The notes under the pieces are model-generated. The model had not been told where the DNA came from. It made no database searches and was given only the letters and a program-made list of their open reading frames with translations. From positions 1,674,001-1,738,000 of the forward strand of contig CM039001.1 of the NCBI GenBank assembly GCA_017499595.2: a stretch of DNA of 64,000 nt. Direction: 5' to 3'. Shown one piece after another: positions 38,605 to 54,232 of the stretch. How positions within the stretch are numbered: the stretch's first letter is position 1; every line of letters starts with the position of its first letter. Made by a program: the position numbers and the translations under genes. The DNA is from Psilocybe cubensis (Eukaryota).

Positions 38605-38948
38605 ATGTCGGTCAGTTTGTTTCTCCACGACCGTCTATATAGTATCTGATCTCTCTCTGCAGCTCTCTACCACCTTCTACAACGCCTTCTTCAAGCGAAA
38701 CAGTGCGCTTTTTGTGTCTTCGCTTTACCCGCAACTCATCAACCATCCTTTGCAGGCGTGTTCGTTGGAACTGTTTTCGCCGGAGCATTCGCCTTTGGAA
38801 TCGGCTTTGACATTGGCGTTTCCAAATTCTACGACACCTGGAACAAGGGAGTGAGTCATCTTCTCTCCGTTGCTTTACTCACCCTTTCTAATATCTGCTC
38901 CAGAAACAATGGAAAGATATCCGTCATAAATACGTACAAGAAGAGTAG
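38605..38948 (+). CDS. QCR9: Cytochrome bc1 complex subunit 9 (UQCR10)
   Basis: Four exons give MSLSTTFYNAFFKRNSVFVGTVFAGAFAFGIGFDIGVSKFYDTWNKGKQWKDIRHKYVQEE*. Confidence 0.93.
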
Positions 38949-39464
38949 ACTGTCCTACCTTATGTTCACATACTACCAAAACCACTATAGACTCTCACTG
39001 AAAACGGAAGGCTTGTCAAACAACACCATGACCGCGTTCTACAATCCCGGAAGCTGTTCTACGTCGGGAGCCTCAAATTCTCTTGCCTCAGACACCATCA
39101 TACCATTGAATAACTGGTTTCATGATTGAGTATTGTCACCATGCCAGGAGTAAGAGTCGGTTCTGTGACCCTATTCTTTGGGAAAAGTTGCCACTTTCGA
39201 CTGGAAGTGATTTTTTGTGCGCTGATGATCTTGTCCCGTTGTCACTGAATCGAAGCTGGATGTAAATTTCTGGCACTGAACAGAGTGCGCTTTGTGACTA
39301 TAGTATTTAACTATAAACCATGCATTAGAACGATTCTGTTTAGTTAATTAGCTGAAGATTAAGTGACATATCAAGGCCGTGACAGAGCTGTGATTTCAGC
39401 GTGAATCGTCATCACGCGTCTGGTCGTCCAAACCATACCTACAACCACCAGGACCGTCCATAAA

Positions 39465-40435
39465 ATGTCCAGAGAAAGGTCTCCATCGCCCCACAAAGAT
39501 GCAGATATGGAGATAGACTCCCAGTCTCCGACAGATAAATCAGACTCAAAAGTTGTCATAGTCACAAACCTAACACGCAACGTCGTTGAATCCCACCTCA
39601 AAGTCGTCTTCGGCTTCTATGGTGAAATAACCAAAGTCGACCTTCCGGTTTTCGGAAAATGTGCGCAATACTTTCAGTGCTTGGTTTCAATTAATTTCTA
39701 ACCGACTCTCCATTAGCTGGCCAAAATAGAGGGAAAGCTGCATTGGAATTCGCCGAATCCGCTTCAGCCCACAAGGCGGCTTCGCATATGGATGGAGGCC
39801 AACTCGATGGAAACGTACTAAAAGTCGAATTATCCAATCTTCCTATCCGTTCCACCTCACGATCACCAGCACGACCCCCGCCCCGAGGACCCAGGAACGG
39901 GAGGGACAGACCAAGAAGCTTTTCTCGATCCCGCTCCCGGTCGCGTTCTCGTACTCGCTCCCGATCACCTCCCCCGGGCTTCAGACGCAGAGGTGGAGGC
40001 CCAGATCCGCGCGACAGAGACCGCAACCGTGATTCTTTCCGCGGAAGACCGTTTGGCCGTCGAGGACCCCCGCCACGCGATATGTACCGCCCCAACAACC
40101 GCTCGCGCACGCGTTCACGCTCGCCTATCCGCCGGGGACCATCTGACAGACCGCCGCCGCCGAGGAGACGTTCTCCAAGCTACACCCGCGGTGGTTATGG
40201 GCGTCGTAGGTCAAGATCAAGAAGCTATTCTGTCCGCTCCAGTCGCTCTCGCACACGCTCGCTTTCGCGCTCTCGTTCGCGGTCGATGTCATACTCTAGT
40301 GACTCGCGTTATACCCGAAGCCGTAGCCGCTCGAGGTCGGTGAGGTCGAGGTCAGGAAGCAGAAAGAGGAGCAGGAGCAGGAGTCGAAGCAGGGACGATA
40401 TCAGGGACAGTCGATCTCGCTCCCCAGGACCTTGA
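39465..40435 (+). CDS. RNPS1: RNPS1/SR45-like RRM protein with RS domain (ASAP/EJC)
   Basis: IVTNLTRNVVESHLKVVFGFYGEI..NRGKAALEF..AASHMDGGQLDGNVLKV, then an RS-rich tail. Confidence 0.88.
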
Positions 40436-40607
40436 TCGAATTGTAACAGACACGTATGCGTTGAACTTAATTTTCTTGCCTGTCCAAAAATCTATACCTT
40501 TCTTAACAGTTGTCACACACTTTACTTAAATTCTTTGTGCTTTCTCCGAAAATAAATACGGGTGTATATTCCAGTAGCTCTACAATAATCAAGATAGGCT
40601 GCAGATA

Positions 40608-43600
40608 CTAGTCGCTGACGATGGAATCATCATCCGCTAAAAATGGTCTGCAAACGCGAAAAAAGTCAAGATCAGGTTATTGGACTACAAAGAAACAAGC
40701 TACTGACGTATATTCATAATCATTGCGAATGGCATTCGACATCCATTCTTCGTCTGCCTCCTGTTGCGGAAATCCCGCCCCACCTGCAATGCTCAGCACT
40801 ACTGGTAAAAGAACCAGTCCATGCAAAGCGCCCGAAATAATCAAAGTTAACCACATCCTGAAGTAATAAATCTATAACAGCTTTTAGTATTCGGTGTGTG
40901 CACCAGCAGAACGTCAAGTAATTACCTCCAAAAGCTTGGATCGCGTGAGAGCAAGTACCGACATCCCTATTAATTTTGTGAAAGTGATACCGGAGAGAAC
41001 CTATGGTGATAATTAATATTTTTGACACGACATAAGCAATGTGTACTTACGGAAGGCCCTACATCCACCAAAGCTGTCCACATCCTTTCGTCGCGCTCTT
41101 TCTGACCAGACGGATGGTCAACGGGAAATCCAGTTCCAGCACTCATAAAAGCCCTGGCAACATGCGCACAAAATTCGACGGCTATGCCTAAAGAGATGAC
41201 CAAGTTGACGAGACTGATAGCATTCAAACTGATGCCCCAAATGGACATGACACCCATTACAGTAACCACCGTCAGAGAAACAACGCCTGTAACAATAACA
41301 CCTGTCCTCCAGGATCCCAAAAGTAGGGCTGTGACGATGAGTACGGCAGCGAGACCCAAACCCAATATTTCTTGGGTAATGGCGACAATATGCGCATACT
41401 GATCGAAAAAGACGTAGAAAAGAGAATATGGGAATACGGTAGTACCTGTGTCGGCTGAAATCTCATCCGCGATTCTATGTGCCGCGGCAAACGCGTTGAT
41501 AAAGTCTTCCTGGGTCTTCAGAGGCGAATGGAAAGTACGGAAATGTGAAGCGTCGACCTTGTTGCCGAGTTCGTTGAGAGAGATTGCAGAGGCAAAGGAC
41601 GCCTTGCCTCCTAATGGGCAATCCTCGTCGGTAGGAGAATTACGCCATTGTTTGAAGTATCTCATGAATTCTTCGTTCTCAGGTAAACCGTCCAGAGTAA
41701 TGTTCCATCCCGGTTCTTTGCCAAGGTAGCATGGCTGGCAGTCGTCGTCGTCATCGCGAGGCCTGCAGAATACAGAAGGGTCATCTATGCGAACACGACA
41801 GCATGATGTAATACTGGGGTTGAGCCAGCCAAAGAAATCGTCAATCCAAGAAGCCGTTGGCTCCGCAACAAAGGATGACTCCGGTCGCTTCCTTTCTGCC
41901 TCCAGCCTGTTTGCCAATGAAAAGTCGTTGCATGTCGTAAATCTTCCACAAAGAGCTCTCTGACCATCACGCTGAGTCACGTCGACATCCTTGGAGACAA
42001 AGTAGACTGGAGGACCAATGTCCAAATATGCATCAAGGTTGTCAAAGTAATTGACCAAATATGACTCAGATGGGAGTGCCAGTCGTTGATCTATGAGAAT
42101 ATGAGCCAAGAATATTTGCACAGATTATTGTGAATCTTACCCAAACCAAGCTGAATGTGTTGCATTGAAATTATAGATGCAACAAAAACACCAGAGAATG
42201 TTATCAACACCGCAGCTTTAGTGAAAGGTTTCAACAGGAAAGGGGCATAATATCGGCGAATGAAACGAGCAATTGACCCCAAGCCGCTACCAGTATTGGG
42301 CATATCCAACAAGGCAATTCGAGATGGCAGTCGGATACACGGGAAGCAGTCAACTCGACTGTCCTGCATTGAAAGGTTAGTTAGCACAGATTTGAAAGGG
42401 ATATAAAATAGCGTTACCTCGTATCTCTTGAGATCCAATAGTAGAGCGCTCATAAACACGGTCACTTGAAGAATAGCATTCAACAGGACGCTACCAGCAG
42501 CGTAGAGCGCAAAGTTACGGACGGCCGGCATTGGAACAAGGGCTCCAAGAGCAAATGCCAGCGTTTCTGTGATAGTGCTCAGTAATATCGACGGGCCCAT
42601 CTTTGCCAGTGTCCGTGCAACACGTTCTTCTGGGATCAGGTATAGTGGCATTGACCCTACATCGATCTCATTGTGCGTCGAGTCAAAGGGTGATCTGTGC
42701 GAATAGGTCGGCGACATTGGGGCAGCGTACCCTGGAACTTGTGTTTGTGCGGAAGCATTGGGTCCGTGAAGGAAATTCTGGCGGTCAAGTTCATGAACTA
42801 AAATAAAAACATTGTCGACACCAACAGCAAGCACTAAAAACGGTATGACTTCCGCGATAATCAGGGTAACTTTCACTCCAAGGAGGGAGAAAAGCCCAAC
42901 TGAGGTGGAAACCGAAAGGATGACAAGGAAGATGCCGAATAAGCCTAAGGTAAACTTGGACCCAACGAATAGTGACCGTGGTAGGCGAGGGAACCATCGA
43001 GGTGTCGTTCGAGAATCCACCGATAGGGAAGATGAAATGATACTTGATCGCGAAAACAGCTTCGGAAAGTTGCGACCCCACTCCATTAAAGAAGATACGA
43101 TACCGTCTTCTTCTCGACTAGCAGACCCATTGCCTAGTGTCAATGATACGTAGAAGAACATCGCCAAGTACGATAGTACTACAATTCTAACGTCAGTATT
43201 GGTGCTCTTGTTAATTTCTTCTTCCAGAGAGACGCCTGTAGAAAACGCGATTTCCAAGCCGGCTTCAGTTCCTGCTCTGTCAGAGAGATTGATCAAGTAT
43301 TCCCTCAATCTTTCCTCCCATTCCATGGCTTTTGCTTGGATTTTGGTATCCAAGGAATCGGATACCACGTAGGTAATGACCATTGCCTCGCTCTGCAGAT
43401 ATTCTTTTCTACCATCCTCAGTAACAGGCACTCCACCAAGAACGTATTGAGGGGCCAATGGCTGTTTGAATTCAGGTAAACAGTCGGCAGGTGACGCTGC
43501 ACATCTTTTCAGCTGACGGGACCAGTTATCTTCATCATAATTGTCCAAGTCGTTACCAAACCATGCAGCCACCGACTGAACAACACATGCGCCGCGCGGT

Positions 43601-45096
43601 CCTTCGGGCTTGAAGCATACATCATGGAGTGTATATCCGCTCCTTGATTCAAGTTCCTGGATCTCGGCTTCGATGTTGACCCAATACTTGAGATGCTCCC
43701 AAGTGAGGACGGGTTCCTTGTTACCGATAACTATTCCTTGAGAGGAGACCGTGTCATTTGAAGATTCTTCCACAGCTGCGGGCGCAGATGTAACAAAGAT
43801 CTGCTCCGTCCTGTAGAAAGGACCAAAATTGCTGTCAAAAAATTCTTTCTGCAGTTTGCTTTCCGAAGATGGTGATACCCATAATCTGACAGGGTCAGTC
43901 TCCACTTCAAACTGTTTCCATCCAAGATTAAGAAGGCCGACAACAAGGAAGACGATAGCGAACGTTAACCAAGGAGAAGTAGCTGTGAAAAGACCTAGTC
44001 GGTAAAAAACGCGTCGTAGAATACCGTTCAGTCGATAATGCCGTGGTTGTACGGTTTCCGTGGGGTCCAAAAGAGATGCACCACGGCCTAGATGGCGTGA
44101 CTCGGAGTGAGCACCAAGAGAATCATCTTCAAGGGTTTGTGCAAGAGAGCCTGCACCAACAAGTCCTCGGGTATGAATACGAGGCGATGCAGCGTCCACG
44201 GACAACGCCACCCGCTCGTTGGTTCTTTCTCGTCGACGCTGTATAGTTGGAATATAATATCCAATGAGGAATCCCAAAACCGCAAGAGAGTAGGTGAGAA
44301 TGAGAAAAAATGATAAGCATGTAATGCTTCCAACTTGACAGGTGGGAATTTCGTTGGGCGGTAGTACAGGGGCGATGATCGGGCAAACACTGGGACAGTC
44401 GATGCAAGTACAACGACTGGAAAGGTCATTGTCTGCACAGTTACGAGCTGTTTTGTTGAGCTGCTGAATGTCCGGTGGAGAACTAAGTGGAAAGTCTATC
44501 TGGAAGGGGCTTCCAAGCGGCTTCTCCTCCCCCAATGACTCGAGGAAGGCCGAATATTCCGTTGCCCCACCGCCAATGATATCCATGATGTAGCCATTCG
44601 TATTTCCATATTGAACGTTCTTGCAGCTGTCAAAGAAACCCTTCCCGTACTGCTCCTCTACAAAGAAGTCAAGTGATGCAACAGCTATCTTTCCGCCTGA
44701 CATTTCCTGGGTGGAAGTGATATTTAGGAAAGTACTTTGCTGTGGTGAACAGGTGAATGTGCAGAAAAAGGTGCGGAAATTGTTTCGACATGCTGGACAT
44801 GTTGATAGAAGGGGTTCGACCTGTTCAAAGTTCTGTTGCAGCGTCTCTATTTGATCTTCGCTGCAACATGTAGGGCCTTCTGTGAGTTCTGGACCACAGA
44901 CATCTTGGAGTAGTTTGCGTGCAGAACGTTTGAGCTAGGAGCTTGGGTTTTAACACTATTGAGGTGCCAAAACCGAGTGGTTACGCACCTCTACTGGTGG
45001 GCCGTCGTAAGGACAAGGTAACGGCTTGCCAAAGAACCCCTTCTTTCCACACGAACCCCGCATAACACATTTGCCATTCTGGTCAATTGGCTTCAT
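40608..45096 (-). CDS. NCR1: Niemann-Pick C1 sterol transporter; start uncertain
   Basis: Cys-rich NTD (CPACRNNF..FFCTFTCSP), ETDPVRLW, FGPFYRTEQI, sterol-sensing domain IAEVIPFLVLAVGVDNVFIL, GPPVYFV, SWIDDF, FPYSLFYVFFDQY, GIAVEFCAH. Confidence 0.95.
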
Positions 45097-45529
45097 AGTG
45101 CAAAGAATATTGGCAATAATGCAGTGGATATTACGCTTTGCCAGTCATGCGTCAGTTGTACAGGACGACGTTGAATTGGTTAGGGCAGTTCCTCAAAGTG
45201 GGACGAGAGCGTTTTGGGTTATGACGCGACGCGCATATTCACGCACGTGGAGCTTCAGCCTTCCGTAAGTAATCGAACCCCAATTTAACCTTTTCGTTGT
45301 GCTTCAAGCAGATTTGAAGGTTGTACGGCACTCCTTAGAATTCGTTTGACTGTCCAAGCAAATCTACTTTATGTTCAAAGCTGCGAATCAGAGTGACCAC
45401 TGCTGATTAGCTTTTCCTATTGTATGTCATTGGCATCACGTGGATCTGGCTTCAGTCTTCGAGATTATATTTCTCTTCACTTTTGATTTGTCATTTGTTC
45501 GTTGATTTTTCGTTCAACTCGTCGGCAAA

Positions 45530-47277
45530 ATGGAGAGTACCTCAACACCACAGGCGTCTGGCTCAAAGCCTACGCCTACCGCTTCCAAGCCACGGAAGCG
45601 ATTCATTGGAAGCAAGTCTGCTAAGCCTTCCAAACCAGGAGTACAGTCTGCAATCAGCAACCAGATTCCCCAAGACATCCTCCACGACGCACAGCTCAAT
45701 GCGGCCATCAAACAATTACCTTCAAACTACTCGTTTGAGATTCACAAAACCATTCATCATGTTCGCAAAAACAATGCTACAATGGTTGCTCTCCAAATGC
45801 CAGAGGGTCTCCAAATGTTTGCTTGCACCATAGCGGATATAATCGAACGGTGTGCAGATATCAGTAAACTCGACCAGAAGTTTTGAATGACAGTGCTCTA
45901 TAAGGTTTACTTCGGCATTGACTGTCATTATGGGCGACGTTACGTATGGCGCATGCTGCGTCGATGATTATACTGCTGTTGCTTTGGGCTGCGATATGCT
46001 TGTGCATTATGGGCATAGTTGCCTAGGTATTTATTGCTGATTATGCATCTAAACAAATAGCTAAATTTTAGTTGCAGTACCCCTGGATCAAACCACGATT
46101 AAAACATTATATGTCTTTGTCGAGATTGGCATAGATTCTAACCATCTTGTCCAAAGTATAAGAATGAATTTCCCAGATGATCGCGAGACATTCCATCGAA
46201 ATCTTTTGGACGCGGAGGAAGCAAGAGCACAAATACCTATCGGAACTCACATTGGAGTTGGCCGCAATCTTCGGATAGAACAGGCGCCTTCTGCAGAAAG
46301 CACTGTGGTGGATGAAGAACCCGTTTCCTCGACTTCACGCGCACCGACAAGATTGGCATTGGTTTCGACTATACAATTTGTAGCTGCATTGCAACGGTTG
46401 AAGGAAGACCTTTCAGTTGATCTCAGTCAACAAGAGACCGGCGCACTCTCAAACAGCCACAAATACAACCTATGGACAGGAAAATACGATACGGTCATTC
46501 CGAGGTCGAAGCCACTATCTCCAGGAGAAATTCTGGGCTGTACGGCACCCCGCTTGACTGACGTTGACGCGTTGATGTACGTACGCATCATGTTTGTTAT
46601 GCCTATTTGTAGTTCTGATTTTCAATTTGCTCCCAGTTATCTGGGTGATGGACGATTCCACCTGGAATCCATTATGATTGCGAATCCTGATGTCCCAGCA
46701 TTCCGATACGACCCTTATTCCAAAAAGTTGACGAGAGAACGTTATGATCATCGAGAAATGCAAGCCATCAGAGATGATGCTGTCCAGATTGCCCGCAGGA
46801 GTCTCGATCGACCCTTGAAAGACGGGGATGAATCACCCCTCTGGGGTGTCATTCTCGGCACTCTAGGCAGACAAGGAAATCTAAAGCAAATGCAGGTAAA
46901 TTTTGTATTTTAATTTTCCTTGTTATATGATACGATATGGATTGTAGGCAGTGGCTCATCAGCTTCAAGCTTCAAAAACGCCAATTCCGTATATTCAGAT
47001 ACTCTTATCAGAACTGTCACCTGCGAAATTGGCACTGTTCAACCCACATATCTCGACTTTTATTCAAACGTCGTGCCCGCGGTTATCTATCGACTGGGGT
47101 TATGCATTCGAGAAACCGTTGCTGAGCCCATACGAAACATCTGTGGCTGTTGGGAAAGCTTCAAGCTGGATGGATACGGCATCAGAGTCTTCTTTGGGCA
47201 TATACCCGATGGACTTTTATGCCGCTGGTAGCCCATGGGCAACGTCAAGGACAAAAGCGAGGTTCGATGATGCTTGA
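45530..47277 (+). CDS. DPH1: Diphthamide biosynthesis protein Dph1 (radical SAM ACP transferase subunit)
   Basis: [83 protein letters not shown]. Confidence 0.95.
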
Positions 47278-47725
47278 CCATAACACCATCGATCCAATAC
47301 AACGCAGAACATTACAGAAGTAACGGGGGACATATGACTGTCTCGTGATCATACTACTTCAGGGTGCTAGTTTTGACAGAAACAGCCACTATCCGTCTGC
47401 AAGTGCGCGAATCCCACGAAAGCCGCTCGATCTCGATTGAATTCCTCCTATTAATGAATCACTAGCAAAGTCGAATCATATTTAGTTCGTTCTGAAGGAG
47501 GTTGTTTTTTCATTAAGTCGTCCGATTGCGCTGTCTGGGATATAGTTAAACGATGCCAGGAATACCTCATGTAATGTATATGCGGAAAATTCCATTATAC
47601 CGCCACAAGTCGGCAACCCTGTCAGTCCCTTTTAACTGAAGCTTTTGGCTCAAGGATTTCATGGTGTATATATAAGCCGGATGGTTCAATATAGACCCCA
47701 TTCCCCTTTTATGACCTGACTTCGG

Positions 47726-49310
47726 ATGGCGAATCTGCGCCTACGGGCCCCCAATGTGAATGGTGCAAGTTTTTCTGGCTCGATCAGTCCAGACGATAAT
47801 ATTGTCCACTTTTGTCATGGTGCGTCTGCTAGTAGTCGTCTTGATTATTGTTGAGGAATAAAATTACGGTAGTGGCTGCTCTTATTATTACGGTGTATGA
47901 TCACTGTAAGATTTCTTCTGTTGAAAAAGGCATAATGGAACTTACAATGTACAGTGCTCACATTTGACTATGAGGTAAAATCATATTGAAATTGTCAGTA
48001 CAATATTGAAATGTTTCTTCCAAGGTTAAATACATCTGGGTTTGCCATTTCCACCTGTTTCGTGGTTATGATTCTGAGATTTTGTTGGTTATAAGAAGAA
48101 GAATTGGTCACAGTCGAAAGTGCTCTACATCTTGGTAGGCGTTTGTTATCATGGAAGGGATGTTTCGTTCATAATCAACTTTAGGCTCGCTACTTTGGAA
48201 ATATCCTGTTGATGTTTGTGATATTTTATTATACTTGTGTCGGTGCTTATGTATGTTTGCAGCTCTGTTTGCGTGGGTGAGTGAAAGGAGATGGGTGTCG
48301 AGGAGGAAATGACAAATTGCAGCAGTGTTTTTAAATCGGGAAGCAACACACATGGTGAATTTATTGCCTTTGGATACTCACAATGTAGTCACCATTTATT
48401 ATAGTTGTAAGTGCATTGATTTCCAATGCAAATTCGACGACTGAGTGTGCCTGATAGTTGTATGCCTCGTATTGTCGTACTCGAGAAATCTCTGACCTTT
48501 TCGCTAGGCGCCGTCGGTCTGAAATTTGTGGGCACTGGTTCGATGGTGATTATCATCATTACTCAAAGTGCGTCATCAAAGTTTTCTGTATGGATGTTGA
48601 TTAGAATAGATATTTTTAGTGATAATGCAGCTGCGAATCAAGGCGTTGTATGGGAGAACGATATCGAACCTCATCACGATCGTCTGGGTTCTGGAAGTGA
48701 CGGCGGTAATCTCACTGGGAATCGCGTCACTGGCAGCCATTGACGGTTAGTTTTCATGTTGCAAAAATTACAGAATTAACCAGCCCCAAAGTGCATCCTG
48801 TGATATTAGACACGACGACGATGTGCAACCCGACGTACCTTCCACGATTCGCGTTTCTGTTCTGGGTACCTGTGATTGTATTTGAGACGTTTTTATTCTC
48901 GCTTGCTCTGCGCATTGCGTACCAGAATTACAAAGAGATAGGGACGTGGCGAGGGGCGTCGCTGCTTTACATTGTGCTGCGGGACAATTTCAGCTTTTTC
49001 GCCTGGTATGTAGACGCTCAGGTTGTTCATCAAAGTGACTGACCGCTCTGGATGCAGTGCGTTTGGGCTGTACATTATCACTGCTACGACATGGCTGGCG
49101 GCGGACCCGCGGTACTTTACTGTGCCTGGATCGTTTTCATGTGCACTGACTACGGTGATGGGTGCACGGTTGATCCTGAATTTATGTGAGGCGTACTATC
49201 ACCCGCCAGATATGCATGGGAATGGGACGGGGCCAGGGTCAATCTGGGCAGCTGTGGCGACGACAGGGAATATCGAGTTTGTGAACTTGAGAAGAGGCAG
49301 AGCTGAATAG
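47726..49310 (+). CDS. DUF6533-type multi-pass membrane protein typical of Agaricomycetes, with many micro-exons
   Basis: Spliced VAALIITVYDHLLTFDYEVKYIWKKNWSQSKVLYILARY, QLRIKALY, FWVPVIVFETFLFSL, LLYIVLRDNFSFF, MGARLILNL. Confidence 0.82.
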
Positions 49311-49619
49311 AGTATACAAAGAATGTACATTTATATGGTGAACATGAAAGAGGCACATTGATGTGGAAGATAAGAGTGGGAAGGGCCTACGGCGAAATTG
49401 TCGCGATTAGAGAAGAGGGTGTAAAGGATAAATGCAAAGGGCAAAAATAGATAGGAGAAATTGGCGCTCATTTTGCTAGGAGAAGATAAGGAAGCAGATT
49501 AGGGGTGCGGGATATTAGCCACAAGGGGCCGGAGGGAAGCCGGAGGTACGGAAGCGTGGGAACTGCTGAATAATGAGGCAAAAGTTAGTCGCGGCGAGCA
49601 GCAAAGGATGACCTAAACG

Positions 49620-50226
49620 ATGGAGGACGACGAGACCGGCGCGAAAAGACAAATCCGACTGGAGATTGCAGACATGCGGATGGTGTGGGTGCCTGCGATG
49701 GCGGTGACTACTGGTGCGGCTATAGGACTTATGCGGGGAGGACGGGAGGCGTCGCTGCGGTTCCTTGCAGAAAACGCGCACCGACCGCCCACTACGGTGC
49801 AGGGCTGGTACTTTTACAAAAAGACGAAAAACTACAAGGTGATGCTGGGTGCGGTGAAGGGAGCCGGGCGGGACGGAGGACTGGTGGCGGGGATCGCAGG
49901 GGGCTACATGGGGCTTGAATGGGGACTGGAGCAGGTCGGGTGGGGCAGCGTGAAGGAGGTTGGGGCGGGGATTGGGACAGCAGTGGGGTTTAGTGCAATC
50001 AGTGAGTAGGCTGAGAGTGGGGCACAAGTGGACACCGCTGACGGAAGCAGGCCGGCTGCCGATGCAGGTCGCACGGCGCACGGTGGCGCTGGGGGCAGTG
50101 TACGGGCTTGTGATGAAGGGGCTCGGCTGGATGCGGGGGGGAGTGACGGCAGCGGACGGCATCCGGGGAGAGGCCGATGGGGTAGACAGTAGATATAATG
50201 TGGAGCGCGGAATAAGGAACAAGTAG
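49620..50226 (+). CDS. Conserved fungal Gly-rich membrane protein, Tim17/22/23-like
   Basis: ASLRFLAENAHRPPTTVQGWYFYKKTKNYKVM plus GxxxG helices; one 49-nt intron 50002-50050; TAG 50224-50226. Confidence 0.7.
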
Positions 50227-50233
50227 CAGCGCA

Positions 50234-52862
<2,629 letters not shown>

Positions 52863-54232
52863 GCTGTTTTCAGGTTTCTCTCTCTCTCTCTGTCGCTGCG
52901 CTGTCTGTCTTGTTATTCTGCTCGTTTTTATCATTTCTATTCCCTTTGCTTTGCTTGTATCCCCGCCTAATAGGGTTTATGAAACCCCGAATTCACTCAC
53001 CGGCCTCATATGAACACGCCACACCACACCTCATGAACTGTTTCTTTTTTCTCTCACATCATCACATTCCCCAATCCCCTATCCTATCCACTGCCCCCTC
53101 CATCAATCTTGAACACTAGCATCTGCATTCATCGCATCATTTCACATCTTACGATTGCTTCGGATAGCCTTACTTCTTTTATATCTTTTTCACGCCACGT
53201 AGGACTCGCGCAGCCAGTGCCATTCATCAATCGCATATCATCCATCCCTCAATCTCCCCCTCACCCCGTCAACCCATCCATTTAACCTCTGCTGTCAACT
53301 TTGTACATTTCATTACCATTCGCTGGACACTCTGTTTTCTTGCCCAGCACACATACTTTATGTTCTCCTTTTCTTTTCTTCGATGTGCATAACTAGGATC
53401 GTGGATTTCACAGGAAGGGTATGACTCTTCTTGTTCAACACGACCACCCAACGGACACTTGTTTCTATCATCTCTTTCTTTTCATTATCATTTTCTTTTC
53501 CTTTCTTGTTCTGAATCCAAATCAAATCAAACTGTAGTCCAAACACTCTCAACTTTTTTTTGTATGAATACATACCATTGGGTCGGAGCCCGAGCAAACG
53601 GGCTTGTAACGTCGTCTTTTTTTTTTTTCTTTACTTTCTGTTGAATGGTTTTTCCAATTACCCGCTGAAATAGTAGGGACGAAAAAAAACAATTTTTTTT
53701 TTTCAATCCTCTCTAGCATAACGTATATACTTGTGTAGATATACTTGTCCTCTATAATGATGGAGGGAAGGAAGGAAATGATGAAATGATAAAGGTATAA
53801 AGGTTGTAATTATTATTCTATGAACGAGCCTGGGTAAACATCCGCGACTCTTTGAACCGAAACCCTTTTGATACACGAAACGTGAAAAAAGGAATGTGTG
53901 TAAATGTGTGTGTGGGATACAACGCAAGATAAATAAATTAGGAACAAAAACCAAGATGTGAATTATCCCAACGGGAAAAGAAGCATTGCCGCGTCTAGGA
54001 ATATATAGAGCGAAAACGACACAAATGGGTATGTCGGTAGTGGGTTGGGTCGGTAGGAATGCAGATAATTAAAACAAACGGTGTGAAGAAAAGATCGTGA
54101 ATCTAGGATACTATGTAATGGTGTAGTCAAGACAAATGCAGAGAAACATGCTGGTAATACATATGATTTGTGAATAAGACGAAAACCCATGAAAAAAAAA
54201 AAGTATCGTCAAACCCATGGTAGACGTAATAG

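Noticed and set aside
39223-39290. TGATGA...CTGA...CTGA and an AATTTCTGG plus hairpin, resembling a C/D snoRNA or Sm-site snRNA end
   Set aside because: Too short, no recognisable rRNA complementarity or U1/U2/U4/U5 signature; an Rfam scan would settle it
11914-40435. Apparent clustering of mRNA/snRNA factors (METTL3, CWC21, SNAPC4-like, TAF8, RNPS1) or cofactor genes (HEM1, FMN1)
   Set aside because: Interspersed with unrelated housekeeping genes; expected by chance in a gene-dense core region, and no biosynthetic-cluster backbone gene is present
53587-53635. AGCCCG-agcaaa-CGGGCT hairpin followed by a T-tract, like a bacterial terminator
   Set aside because: Eukaryotic 3' intergenic region between convergent genes, rich in poly(T)/poly(A); a chance 6-bp stem is likely
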